NCBI GenBank assembly: GCA_963666835.2
Contig: CAXXGO010000006.1
Location: 1,088,001 to 1,152,000 of the forward strand
Direction: 5' to 3'
Origin: Phycisphaerae bacterium
Lineage (GTDB): Bacteria; Planctomycetota; Phycisphaerae; UBA1845
DNA: 64,000 nt
Under the pieces are notes generated by a model. The model saw nothing but the letters and a program-made list of their open reading frames with translations. It did not search any database and had not been told where the DNA came from. The position numbers and the translations under genes are program-made. Each line of letters opens with the position of its first letter. The first letter of the stretch is position 1. Positions 9,878 to 19,632 of this stretch are shown in pieces.

Positions 9878-10420
9878 ATGCGGTGGATAGTGTTCATTCC
9901 GGGAGCGTTACTCCTGCTGACCGTACAGTCGGCAATCGCGCCGCGCGTGGAGTTGTTCGGGGCACGACCGGACTGGCTTCTGGCCGTCGTAGTTTTCTTC
10001 GCCCTGTATTCTCCCGCCAAGGACGCCGCGATCGGCGCGTGGGTCATCGGGGCGGGTGCCGATCTTCTCACGATTGAACGCGTCGGTCTGATCGCTCTGA
10101 CGTACCTGCTCATAGCTTTGCTGATTACTTCGGTTCGCGAGTACTTCTTCAGATACCGGGCGCTGACTCAGTTCATCGTGACGCTCGCGGCCGCAATGAT
10201 GGTTCGGCTCGCGTGGAGCGTCTACTCGCGATCGCTCTATGAGCCCGGCGAGCCCTTGTTGGCGGGGCTCATTGGTGGGGTGCTGCTCGGCTCAGTCTAC
10301 ACGGCCGCGTGGGCGCCGCTGCTGCACCGGTTTCTGATGTCCACACCGTACTTCTGGGGGATCGGCCGGCCGCGGTATGGATACACCGGCTCGGTACGAC
10401 TGAACGACGAACGTGTTTGA
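9878..10420 (+). CDS. mreD: Rod shape-determining protein MreD
   Basis: 180-aa polytopic membrane protein with PDWLLAVVVFFAL and AWVIGAGADL, directly upstream of PBP2 and rodA. Confidence 0.85.
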   Translation: MRWIVFIPGALLLLTVQSAIAPRVELFGARPDWLLAVVVFFALYSPAKDAAIGAWVIGAGADLLTIERVGLIALTYLLIALLITSVREYFFRYRALTQFIVTLAAAMMVRLAWSVYSRSLYEPGEPLLAGLIGGVLLGSVYTAAWAPLLHRFLMSTPYFWGIGRPRYGYTGSVRLNDERV

Positions 10421-12644
10421 TAGGCGTTTGAAGATCCTGCTGATCGTCTTCTCGTTGGCCGGTCTGGTTATCGTGGGGCGCCTGGTCCACCTTCAGGTAA
10501 TCAACGCCGGCTATTATCGCAAGCGGGCGGAGCAGTCGTTGCGGCTCAAGCCCAAGCAGCTTCCCTTTGTGCGCGGCAGTGTTGTCGATCGTACGGGAGA
10601 AGTGTTGGTTGCCGACGAACCGGGTTGGGATCTGTGCATCGACTTCGTCGCGCTCGCGGCGGATATCGAAGAGAAGGGCCCGCCCGCTAAGGACGTTAAG
10701 GAAAGGAAACCCAACGCGATCGATCGGGCGCTGGGGACCTGGCGAAAGCGCTATCGCGGCAGAACGGCCAACAAAGACGAGGCCGAACGCGCGTTCCGCG
10801 ACGAGATGGACATTACCTGGCGCGAGATCACATTTCTGTTCAGTACGGAGGCGGAGCCGCTGTCGACCGAGATTCTGCGGGACAGGGCCCGCGTCATCGT
10901 TGATCGTGTTCAGCGAATTCGCAGGGCGGTCGAGAGGAGGCGGGGGTTCAACAGCCCCGTTCTGGAGGAGACCATCCCGCACGCGATAGTCACCGGGCTG
11001 GACCCGCAAGGTCTGATCAAGGCTCACGATCTGCTTCCGGACTTCCCGTGGATCCATGTAGTCGCGTCGTCAGTGCGAACATACGTCGATTACGGTACGC
11101 CGTTTGCGCATGTGCTCGGGCGTTTGGGTAGAGTAAGCGCCGAGACCGTGGCGGAAGATCCCATGGCCGATGAGCCGTTGGCGAAGTACTTGGCCGACGA
11201 ACACGTAGGTATCTCGGGGGTGGAGTGGGCCGCCGAGCGAACGCTCCGCGGGCGGCGCGGGCAGATTACCCGCGATCGGCGTGGAGAGATAATCGAAGAT
11301 ATCCCGGCGCTGAACGGGCAGGATGTAACGGTTGCGTTGCACGCCGCGCTGCAGCGGCGGTTGTACGGATTGCTCGGGACCACGGTGGACCAAGTTCCCG
11401 AATCGTCCGGGGGGGCGATTGTGGTCTTGGATGTGGCCAGCCGCGAGGTTCTCGCCCTGGTGTCCTATCCGTCGTACGACCCCAACCGGTTCAACGAGCT
11501 GTACGACAGCCTTCGCGACGATACCGTGTCGTTGCCGCTTCGGTTTCGGGCGTTGGCCAATCAATACGCTCCGGGTTCGACGGTCAAGCCCATAACATGT
11601 CTCGTCGGACTCGACACCGGCCGGATAGAGCTGGACACGCGGATCGAGTGCACGGGTTATCTCTTCCCCAACGACCGAGACCACTGGCGATGTTGGCAGG
11701 TGCATGGCACGAGCATGCGTAAGGCGCACGGCTCGATTGATGTGGTCGGCGCGCTTACCGGGAGCTGCAACGTCTTCATGTATAAGGTCGGGGAGATGGT
11801 CGGGGTAGATGCACTGTGCAGCGCCTTCGACATGATGGGAATCGGCAAGGACCCGCACATCGGGTTGGACGAGGCAGCATGGGGCATCAACCCGACGCCG
11901 AGCTGGTTGGCATCCCGAAACTCACCGGTCTACCCGGCACATGCCCGCAACTTCGCCATTGGTCAGGGTGAGATTCTCGTGACCCCGATCCAGATGGCGA
12001 ACCTTATGGCCACGTACGCCAGCGGCAGATATCGCTGGGTGCGCCTTATTCGAGGGGGCGAGCCGTCCCCGGAGTGGAATCTGCCGTTCAAGCCGGAGCA
12101 CTGGGCCGCGGTCCGGCAGGGGATCTACGGGGTGGTGAACGACCCGGACGGCACGGCCTACAAGACTGCGCGCCTCGTTGATGACCACATCGCCCTGTGC
12201 GGCAAGACCGGCAGCGCGACGGCTCGCCCGTGGACCACTTCGTATCGTATTCCATATCTGGATGCGGGCGGACAAGAGCAAGTCACCGTGGTGCCGGCGG
12301 GGATCAAAAAGCACGCAATCGATCAGTTCACTCTGGAGCATCCGCTGGCGACGTTCGATCCGGAGGATATCGTTGCGGCGAGCCACTGGCCACTGGTTAA
12401 ACTCCCGGAGGGGCAGGAATACTCTCACGCCTGGTTCGGGGGTTATCTCCAGCGGCTCGGGCCCGATCGGCAACCGGATTGGTCGGCGGAGCCGCGGATT
12501 GCAATTGCGGTTCTGGTGGAGTTCGGCGGCAGCGGCGGGCGCACCAGCGGGCCACTCGCCAAGCAGGTTGCGATGGAGCTGATTGACCTTTTTGGCCCCG
12601 ACTTGGACTTCGATGCGCCGACCCGGCCTACGGTGAGCCCATGA
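10413..12644 (+). CDS. mrdA: Penicillin-binding protein 2 (class B transpeptidase)
   Basis: N-terminal TM anchor, RGSVVDRTG, GISGVE, and active-site motifs SxxK (PGSTVK), SxN (SCN) and KTG. Overlaps mreD and rodA. Confidence 0.92.
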   Translation: MFDRRLKILLIVFSLAGLVIVGRLVHLQVINAGYYRKRAEQSLRLKPKQLPFVRGSVVDRTGEVLVADEPGWDLCIDFVALAADIEEKGPPAKDVKERKPNAIDRALGTWRKRYRGRTANKDEAERAFRDEMDITWREITFLFSTEAEPLSTEILRDRARVIVDRVQRIRRAVERRRGFNSPVLEETIPHAIVTGLDPQGLIKAHDLLPDFPWIHVVASSVRTYVDYGTPFAHVLGRLGRVSAETVAEDPMADEPLAKYLADEHVGISGVEWAAERTLRGRRGQITRDRRGEIIEDIPALNGQDVTVALHAALQRRLYGLLGTTVDQVPESSGGAIVVLDVASREVLALVSYPSYDPNRFNELYDSLRDDTVSLPLRFRALANQYAPGSTVKPITCLVGLDTGRIELDTRIECTGYLFPNDRDHWRCWQVHGTSMRKAHGSIDVVGALTGSCNVFMYKVGEMVGVDALCSAFDMMGIGKDPHIGLDEAAWGINPTPSWLASRNSPVYPAHARNFAIGQGEILVTPIQMANLMATYASGRYRWVRLIRGGEPSPEWNLPFKPEHWAAVRQGIYGVVNDPDGTAYKTARLVDDHIALCGKTGSATARPWTTSYRIPYLDAGGQEQVTVVPAGIKKHAIDQFTLEHPLATFDPEDIVAASHWPLVKLPEGQEYSHAWFGGYLQRLGPDRQPDWSAEPRIAIAVLVEFGGSGGRTSGPLAKQVAMELIDLFGPDLDFDAPTRPTVSP

Positions 12645-13963
12645 GACGATCGCCGCTAGACCTGACCGAGCCCGGCTGGGTGATCTTCATCGCGATCGGC
12701 ATTCTCGTCTCGATGGGCATCGCAACGATTGCAGTTACCGATACGCATTACGCGTCCGGTCATGACGGGCTGCGCAACGCCATTAAGCAGACGGCCTTCG
12801 TCCTGACTAGTGCGCTATTCGCTTTGGTGGTACTGCGGATCGGTTATCAGGAGATTTCCCGGCATGCGTATCTGATCTTCGTCGTAGCGGTGTTGGGTCT
12901 GGTACCTCTGCTTATCGCCAAGAAGACGGGCGCCACCTTCGGCGGATTGGCCACGCCGATCAAGGGAGCCTATCGCTGGATCCGCCTGCCGGGCTTCCAG
13001 CTCCAGCCGTCGGAGCTGATGAAAGTCGCCTATCTGATCGCCCTGGCGTGGTACCTTCGCTATCGCAAGAACTACCTGAGGTTCAGCGGGCTGCTGTTGC
13101 CGTTTCTGATCTCGGTTATCCCCCTGTCGCTGATCCTCTTCGAGCCGGACCTGGGTACGGTGATTCTCCTGCTTCCGGTCTTGTTCACCATGCTGTTCAT
13201 GGCGGGTGCCAAGGTGCGGCACTTGCTGATTATTGCCATGATCGGGGTGGCTCTCGTTCCTCTGGCTTGGCGCGAGCTCAAGCCGTATCAGCGACTGCGG
13301 GTTACCGCCGTGCTGCTGCAATCGGACAGCCTGCGCCGGGCGATCATCGCGGATCCGGCACCGTACAAGGAGATTGCCACCAAACGCCAGGCGATCGAAT
13401 GGTCGGCCGGCTCCGGCTATCAACTCGTCCACTCCAAAAACGCGATCGGTAGCGGCGGGATCTTCGGCTACGGCTGGGGCAACGGGATCTACGTCGACTA
13501 CGACCGCCTGCCCGACCGCCACAACGACCTCATTCTCGCGATCATCGGGCATCAGTGGGGCTTGTGCGGGTGCCTGCTGGTGCTGGCCTGTTATCTGGCG
13601 ATTGTGGTTTCCGGGGTGCGCATTGCCTCGGTAACCAGTGATCCGTTCGCCCGCCTTCTGGCGGTCGGCGTGGTGGTGCTGATCGCCACCCAGGTGATCA
13701 TCAATATCGGGGTGACTGTCGGGCTGATGCCGATTACCGGAATGACATTGCCGTTCGTTTCCTACGGCGGTAGCAGCGTGATGAGCAATTTCCTGGCCGT
13801 GGCGCTGCTGATCAGTGTTTCTCAGCGCCGTCCTTTCCTCCTGGCCGACAAGCCGTTTGAGTATCGCGCCCGTCGGGAACTGCCTCCGCCGTCGCCCGGC
13901 CCGGAAGACGGCCGGTCGTCGGTCAGCGGTCCGCAGCCCCGTTCCGGGGCATCCCTCATGTAA
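12641..13963 (+). CDS. rodA: SEDS family peptidoglycan glycosyltransferase RodA
   Basis: Motifs GAYRWI, LQPSELMK, EPDLGT, GYQLVHSKNAIGSGG, PDRHND and PITGMTLPFVSYGGSS. Follows PBP2. Confidence 0.92.
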   Translation: MRRSPLDLTEPGWVIFIAIGILVSMGIATIAVTDTHYASGHDGLRNAIKQTAFVLTSALFALVVLRIGYQEISRHAYLIFVVAVLGLVPLLIAKKTGATFGGLATPIKGAYRWIRLPGFQLQPSELMKVAYLIALAWYLRYRKNYLRFSGLLLPFLISVIPLSLILFEPDLGTVILLLPVLFTMLFMAGAKVRHLLIIAMIGVALVPLAWRELKPYQRLRVTAVLLQSDSLRRAIIADPAPYKEIATKRQAIEWSAGSGYQLVHSKNAIGSGGIFGYGWGNGIYVDYDRLPDRHNDLILAIIGHQWGLCGCLLVLACYLAIVVSGVRIASVTSDPFARLLAVGVVVLIATQVIINIGVTVGLMPITGMTLPFVSYGGSSVMSNFLAVALLISVSQRRPFLLADKPFEYRARRELPPPSPGPEDGRSSVSGPQPRSGASLM

Positions 13964-14283
13964 CGCAGGCATCTTGCCTGCAGCACGTCGGATAACGCCG
14001 CCGGCACGGGCAGACCGGCGCACGCGGTCGTAGGGCACGGTCGAGGTACGAGACCTGCCGCCGTTTTCGCGCAGCGCAGGCATCCTGCCTGCAGCACGTC
14101 GGATAACGCCGACGGCACGGGTAGACCGGCGCACGCGGTCGTAGGGCACGGTCGAGGTACGAGACCTGCCGCCGTTTTCGCGCAGCGCAGGCATCCTGCC
14201 TACAGCACGTCGAATAACGCCGCCGGCACGGGCAGATCGGCGCACGCGGTCGTAGGGCACGGTCGAGGTACGAGACCTGCCGT
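13960..14283. repeat. Tandem array of three 111-bp units alternating REP-B and REP-A
   Basis: GTAGGGCACGGTCGAGGTACGAGACCTGCC at 14030, 14141 and 14252, each preceded by CGCAGGCATC(C/T)TGCCT and a conserved linker. Confidence 0.95.
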
Positions 14284-15600
14284 TGATCTTCGCGCGACAT
14301 GCATCATTGTGGGCGGATTGCGTCGTAAGAAACGCTTTCGCCCACGCGCAACGTGGGATGCCAGCTGGGTGGCATGGGTCAACTTGTTGACCCGTGGATT
14401 CTGGCGCGCCAGGGGCGTAGGGCGGGTCGCTTACCCTCGCCGTACCGATAGGGCATTGTAGGCGGGTGTAGGGCACGGTCGAGGTACGAGACCTGCCGTG
14501 GTCTTCTCGCGCCGCGCGCTGTTGTGGCAGGTTTCGGGCCTCGACCGTGTCGTAAGCGAAGCCCCTTGGGGCGACAGGTCCTTTAGCCCCACGGCGTAAG
14601 CCTGGGGAAACCGTGCGGTCGCTTCGCGCCAAGCCCCCTCGGGGGCGGCAGAGGGCATCGAGGTTCGAATGGGACACCGGTGATTCAACATCTAAGGCGA
14701 GCACGTTGGCGACTGCTGGGAACTCTTCGATCATCAAAGTGCCGCCCCTGGCGGGGCTTAGGGGCGAGTTGCTACCCGATCCCGCGGCTTACGCCGCGGG
14801 CTGGGCAGAGCTGCCGCCCTGACGGGCTGGCCCCGCGAGACACGCGGGTGGCACATATTCGTGCGACTCACACCATTGCGGGACGGGTGGCAGGTCTCGG
14901 ACCTCACCGTGCCCTACGCCCGTGGATGCTGCCCTACAAGGAGGCCGTCGCAATCAGTGCGGTGAGCGTGAGCGACCCGCCTTTGGCCGATGAGCAGTAC
15001 CTTCAGGGACGTGGGCACGTAGCCACGGGTGGAGCGCAGCGGCTACCCCGGGATCACGGTGACATCAAAGATCAACCCCAACATGGTTTCGCCGTTGTGC
15101 AACCCGCTTCGGGGTTGGTGTGGAAAAGCGTTTTGTGACCCAGGGTGGCACTTCGCGGCTACGCCGCTTCGTTTGCCCTGGGCTTTGTTGTTAAACGCCT
15201 TCGGCGTATGTTCAGGACGTGCGCGGCGCACGGAGATCATGACATTGCCGTAAGATCGAGGCACGAAAGTTGCCATGTTGGGTGGCATGGGCGAGCGTCG
15301 CCCGTGCATAACGCACGCTGCCGCACGTCCGGAGATTACGCGTTGGAGGCATGGACGCTCGCAGCTTGCCCGTGGATGCCCGCGGCAGGTCACGCTCCAC
15401 GGGTCAACAAGTTGGCCCATGGCACCTAGGTGGTACCCCCGTGCAGCGGTTCGAGTGCCTCCACCTCTAAAGAAGCGGGCCACCCGGCCATCATGGCACT
15501 CCACGGGTCAACAAGGTGACCCATGACACCCGATTGGCGCCCCCGTGCGGCGGTTTGAGTCCCCCACCTCTAAAGAGGTGGGCCACCCAGCCGTTACGCG
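13960..15600. repeat. Composite extragenic palindromic repeat locus B, between convergent rodA and the S8 peptidase gene
   Basis: REP-A at 14030, 14141, 14252, 14468, ~14526 (degenerate, inverted) and 14889. REP-B CGCAGGCATC(C/T)TGCCT occurs three times. GGGTCAACAAG palindromes at ~14369, 15397 and 15500. CCACCTCTAAAGA(G/A)G(T/C)GGGCCACCC occurs twice. Inverted copies of locus-A modules lie at 14558-15210. Confidence 0.9.
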
Positions 15601-15608
15601 CGGGCGGT

Positions 15609-18488
15609 CTATCCGCCGATCGTAATCGGCACGCGCAGGGCGACGTCGTTGGTCGAACGTTCGCGGATGCGCAGGTAGCCTATCGGATTCAGGCCGCCGG
15701 GCGTTTCGGGCGCGCCTTCCTCCACGGCGAAGTCCAGCGTGATCGGGACGCTCGGTACGAAGTCCACGTTCCCGGCTTCGCCGTGGGTTACGTCGATAGC
15801 GATCGGCTTAGCCAGTAATTGATCGAACCGGACGGTGATCGGGGTCTCGCGCTTGTCATCAGCCGCCGCGAACCCGCCGGTGATGGTCAACGTGACGCTT
15901 GTGTCTTCGCCCACGTCGGGAATAGCGATGGTGGCTTCCATGGTGCGATTGCTGAACGCGGAGGAATACACTTGTTCGCCGTCGGCTTCGACTGTCACGC
16001 CGATGTCGGTAGTGGTGGCGTAGGCCTCGGGGTCCATTTCCAGGTCGATGCGAACTCTATCGTAATCCTCGTCCAAGGTGAGCGTGTACGTCAGACTGTC
16101 CTTAAGTCCCGTGAAGTTGTCCTCCGCGTATTTGCGGAAACCCTCGAAGAGGCCGTCGACCGTCGCAGGCAGCGGACGCTCGAACAGGTTGGTGACGGTC
16201 ACTTCCCCCTCCGGCGGCGAGCCGGACCACTCGGTGATCCGCTTCGGCTCGGCGTGCAGCCCGAAGAACCGCACATCGAAGTCGTAAGGCCACTGCCGAT
16301 CGGGCCGGTCGGCCAGAATCGGGATCTCCCAGACGCCGGGAATTAGCTCGTCGGTCAGGGTCCACTCCGCCTCGCGGTTGGCGTCCGTGGTGTCCAGACG
16401 AGCATTGCGGCGGTAAAGCTGGGCACCGTTAGGGTCGTATATCGAACTCATCCGCGCCTTCGACTCCGTATTCTCCGGAGCCGCGAGGGTCAGCTTCATG
16501 GCAGAGGCTCCCGGGGGCACGGTCAGGAAATAGCGGTCCGGTTTCCAGCCATCGACGGTCTGCCCCTTGAACGACAGGCGGAAGTTGTCTTCGGCCTTTG
16601 CCCGATGGGGCACGATGATGGCATTGGTCAGCCGAAACGCGACTTCGCCGTCGGCCAGGGCGTCGACCGTACCAACGTGCAAGCCCGGCTCAGTAAGTTG
16701 CGTCTCGTCGTACTCGACGTACACGTTGGCCGACTGCGCGCTGCGCAGGTAGACCTGCTGCTGAGTGACCTTGCACCACGGACTGTTGGAGCGCAGATCG
16801 AACTTCCGGGTGAACTCGGTCCGGGCGCCGGCGTCGGCCGTAGGGGCGAAAACCGGCTCAATGACAAAGGTCTGGCGCTCAGCCGTCGGATGATAGATGC
16901 TCCGCCAGTAGGCCGCTCGGGCCTTGCCGCCGTAACCGTGCGGACAAGCGGTGTTTATGTCGTAACCAATGATCGGGTCGTCCGGGGCGCTTTTGAGAAG
17001 CTTGTCCAGCAGCTTCGCTGCCTTGGGCATATCGGGCATGCCATATCCGACGTCCAAGACCGTGGCGTTCGGCACGGGAGCGGCAGACAGGCACAGCGCC
17101 CGGCGGACATCCCACGCCCGGACTTTGGCGTGGTGGGTTCTGGCGTTGCTGATCAGCGCCGCGCAAAGCCCGGCCGCGTAGGGCGAGGCCATGCTCGTAC
17201 CGGCCCAAAAATCACCCCGAGTCACCCAGCGCGGCACGGTCGAGGTGGACCAGCCGGGGGTGGCGAGGTCCGGCTTGTTCGACTCCCCGCCGCGGGAGGT
17301 AAACCCGGTGGCTACGGCCTGGTCGATGTCGATCCCCATCACGTCACGCGCGGAGTCGGCCGCCAGGAGGGCGGCGACGGTGACGGCCTGAGCGGCCGCG
17401 GCGGGTGTGCCGACCGTGGACAGACCGGGCCCCTCGTTGCCTGCCGAGGTGCAGAAAACCACTTCCGGGTGCTTGACCAGGAACTTGTCCAGCAGCTTGT
17501 CGATGTCGGAGTGGCCTTCGATGACCGATTCGACGCCGAAGGACATGTTGCAGACGACGGCGAGGTTGTGCTCGCGACCGAAGCGGGCGGCGTGCTCCAC
17601 AGCCCTTTTGACGCTTTCGGTCGTGCTCGGTCCGCCGCGGGCGTTCTGGCTGATCTTCAGCCCAATGACCTTTGCTCCGGGGGCGACGCCGTTGAAGCCG
17701 TCTTGGTTGTTGATGCGGTATCCGGCGGCGATGCCGGCCACATGCGTGCCGTGGGCTCCGTCGTCATAGACGACCGAGATCTTCGCCTGGCGAAGAAAGA
17801 TGTTGACGGCGAAGGCAACTGGTACGATCTGCTTTTCCGGCTTCTCCCGGAAGAGGGTGAAGGTGTCGTAGGCGAGATTGTAGTTTCGCAGTGCTTTCTC
17901 GTCGCCGAAGCTACGGTCCAGGTTCCTGTCAACGAACGCCAGTGCCTGATCGTCACCGTCGCCACTGAGGGCGGTCACGCAGATGGGGAACCGATCATCC
18001 GTAGTCCCGTTATCGTTAAGGTCCGGGACATCGGAGTTAACGAACCGGCTTTCGGTGAAGAACCCGAGCCACCATCGCCGAGTTTCGCCGGACGTGTCGG
18101 CCGGCACCGTCGGCGGTACGTAATGAATGGGGGCGCCATCGTCGTCGTAGTCGATCAGCTTGCCGTCTTCGAATTGCACGCGATGCAGTTCGACGTCGCC
18201 CTGACCGCTGAAGTCCTGAACATCGATGACCTTGACCTCTCCGTCCGGCGTGTGCGTTAGCCCGGGGATCGACGGATCAACGCCGGTGTCGAGCACGGCG
18301 ATAACCACCCCGCGCCCGTCGCCGGCGGGGTTCGCGGCTATAAACTCGTCGACGCGGCAGGTCGACAGGGACAACTGTGTCCAGGCGACCGAGGCCCGGG
18401 CACACGCCACGCACCCGATCAGACACCCGCCGGCCACTAACAACAGTCTCGTTCGCTTCGTCATCGTCTGGAATCTCCCCATCGTCAC
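15609..18488 (-). CDS. S8 subtilase resembling tripeptidyl-peptidase II, with a predicted signal peptide
   Basis: VIAVLDTGVDPSIPGL..PDGEVKVIDVQDFSGQGDV, a long D-H insert, GAHGTHVAGIAAG, SAGNEGPGLSTVGTP and GTSMASP. Confidence 0.9.
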   Translation of the reverse strand: MTMGRFQTMTKRTRLLLVAGGCLIGCVACARASVAWTQLSLSTCRVDEFIAANPAGDGRGVVIAVLDTGVDPSIPGLTHTPDGEVKVIDVQDFSGQGDVELHRVQFEDGKLIDYDDDGAPIHYVPPTVPADTSGETRRWWLGFFTESRFVNSDVPDLNDNGTTDDRFPICVTALSGDGDDQALAFVDRNLDRSFGDEKALRNYNLAYDTFTLFREKPEKQIVPVAFAVNIFLRQAKISVVYDDGAHGTHVAGIAAGYRINNQDGFNGVAPGAKVIGLKISQNARGGPSTTESVKRAVEHAARFGREHNLAVVCNMSFGVESVIEGHSDIDKLLDKFLVKHPEVVFCTSAGNEGPGLSTVGTPAAAAQAVTVAALLAADSARDVMGIDIDQAVATGFTSRGGESNKPDLATPGWSTSTVPRWVTRGDFWAGTSMASPYAAGLCAALISNARTHHAKVRAWDVRRALCLSAAPVPNATVLDVGYGMPDMPKAAKLLDKLLKSAPDDPIIGYDINTACPHGYGGKARAAYWRSIYHPTAERQTFVIEPVFAPTADAGARTEFTRKFDLRSNSPWCKVTQQQVYLRSAQSANVYVEYDETQLTEPGLHVGTVDALADGEVAFRLTNAIIVPHRAKAEDNFRLSFKGQTVDGWKPDRYFLTVPPGASAMKLTLAAPENTESKARMSSIYDPNGAQLYRRNARLDTTDANREAEWTLTDELIPGVWEIPILADRPDRQWPYDFDVRFFGLHAEPKRITEWSGSPPEGEVTVTNLFERPLPATVDGLFEGFRKYAEDNFTGLKDSLTYTLTLDEDYDRVRIDLEMDPEAYATTTDIGVTVEADGEQVYSSAFSNRTMEATIAIPDVGEDTSVTLTITGGFAAADDKRETPITVRFDQLLAKPIAIDVTHGEAGNVDFVPSVPITLDFAVEEGAPETPGGLNPIGYLRIRERSTNDVALRVPITIGG

Positions 18489-18680
18489 TTGCTTGAATAC
18501 CGTCGATACGGCGAGAATCTACCCGAAATCGGCCAATCCGTACACCGCTGAACCCCTAAGGCCTATCGCCGGGGACTGTTTTTCGAGCCTGGTTGCACTA
18601 ACATGGTCTATTGGGGCCAGGGCACGGGCCAGGCCGCGAACTCGCGAAGTGTGAGAAGTTGTGTTGCGTAGGAGATTGCG

Positions 18681-19520
18681 ATGATTGCGAAATTGCGCAT
18701 GACGGTTCTGGCGGAGAACCTCGCGGGTGCTCGTGGTGTGCGGGCCGAGCACGGGCTGGCGTGCTGGGTCCAGGCCGACGCTACGAACATCCTGTTTGAC
18801 ACCGGGCAAGGGCTGGTTCTGAACTCCAACGCGGAGGTGTTGGGAGTCGACCTCACCACGGCCGATGCGGTCGTGCTCAGTCATGGTCATTATGACCACA
18901 CCGGCGGACTCGAGAGCCTGTTCGGGAAGATCGACCGAGCAAAGCTGTATGTGCATCCTCGCGCGTTTGAGGAGAAGTACGTTCGACACCCTGCGGAGGG
19001 CGGGAGACCCGTCGGCGCGCCGTTGGCCGCGGTCGATACGATTGCCGCACATGTTGCTGGGATTGTGTGGACGGAGAAGCCCACGGAACTGGCGAAGGGC
19101 GTCTGGGTTACCGGACAGATTCCGCGCCGGCACGACTTCGAAGATACCGGCGGGCCGTTCTTTCTGGACGAGGCGTGTACCGAGCCGGACCCGCTGTGGG
19201 ATGACCAGGCCCTGTTTGTTGAAACGGCGCGCGGGGTGGTCGTGTTGATGGGTTGCGGTCACTCCGGTCTGGTCAATACGCTGGACTACGTGTCGGACCT
19301 TACGGGCGGGAGTCGGATCCACGCGGTGGTGGGCGGCTTCCACTTGGTGGGGGCGTCCGACGAGAAGGTCGCGCGCGTGTTGGATGCCCTTCAGCGGCAC
19401 GACGTTCAACGAATCGGCCCGGCCCATTGCACGGCTTTGCAGGCTACGGCGAAGATTTTGGCCGCCAATCCGGACCGGTTCGTGTCGGTAGCAGCAGGGT
19501 CTGTGCTGACGTTCGCGTGA
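18681..19520 (+). CDS. MBL-fold metallo-hydrolase
   Basis: Motifs AEHGLA, ILFDTG, LSHGHYDHTGG, DDQAL, GCGHSG, GGFHL and PAHCT. Confidence 0.9.
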   Translation: MIAKLRMTVLAENLAGARGVRAEHGLACWVQADATNILFDTGQGLVLNSNAEVLGVDLTTADAVVLSHGHYDHTGGLESLFGKIDRAKLYVHPRAFEEKYVRHPAEGGRPVGAPLAAVDTIAAHVAGIVWTEKPTELAKGVWVTGQIPRRHDFEDTGGPFFLDEACTEPDPLWDDQALFVETARGVVVLMGCGHSGLVNTLDYVSDLTGGSRIHAVVGGFHLVGASDEKVARVLDALQRHDVQRIGPAHCTALQATAKILAANPDRFVSVAAGSVLTFA

Positions 19521-19632
19521 TGAATGAGAGTTGCTTGTTCGGTTAAGGCGGGCTTTCGGGCCGGTGAAGTGGTTTGGGTCTGGGCGGTTGCGGAGGAAGC
19601 GATGCGGCTTTTGCGGCGCAAAGGTGGTTCTT

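Noticed and set aside
12815..14737. 640-aa minus-strand ORF, and other ORFs with GRSRTSTVPY / AGLVPRPCP repeats
   Set aside because: These are translations of the REP arrays and the antisense of rodA, and are not credible proteins.
16605..18260. Long antisense ORFs (551 aa here; also 6632-7816, 36354-37493, 54767-56029)
   Set aside because: Shadow ORFs expected opposite real genes in GC-rich DNA, with no recognisable motifs.
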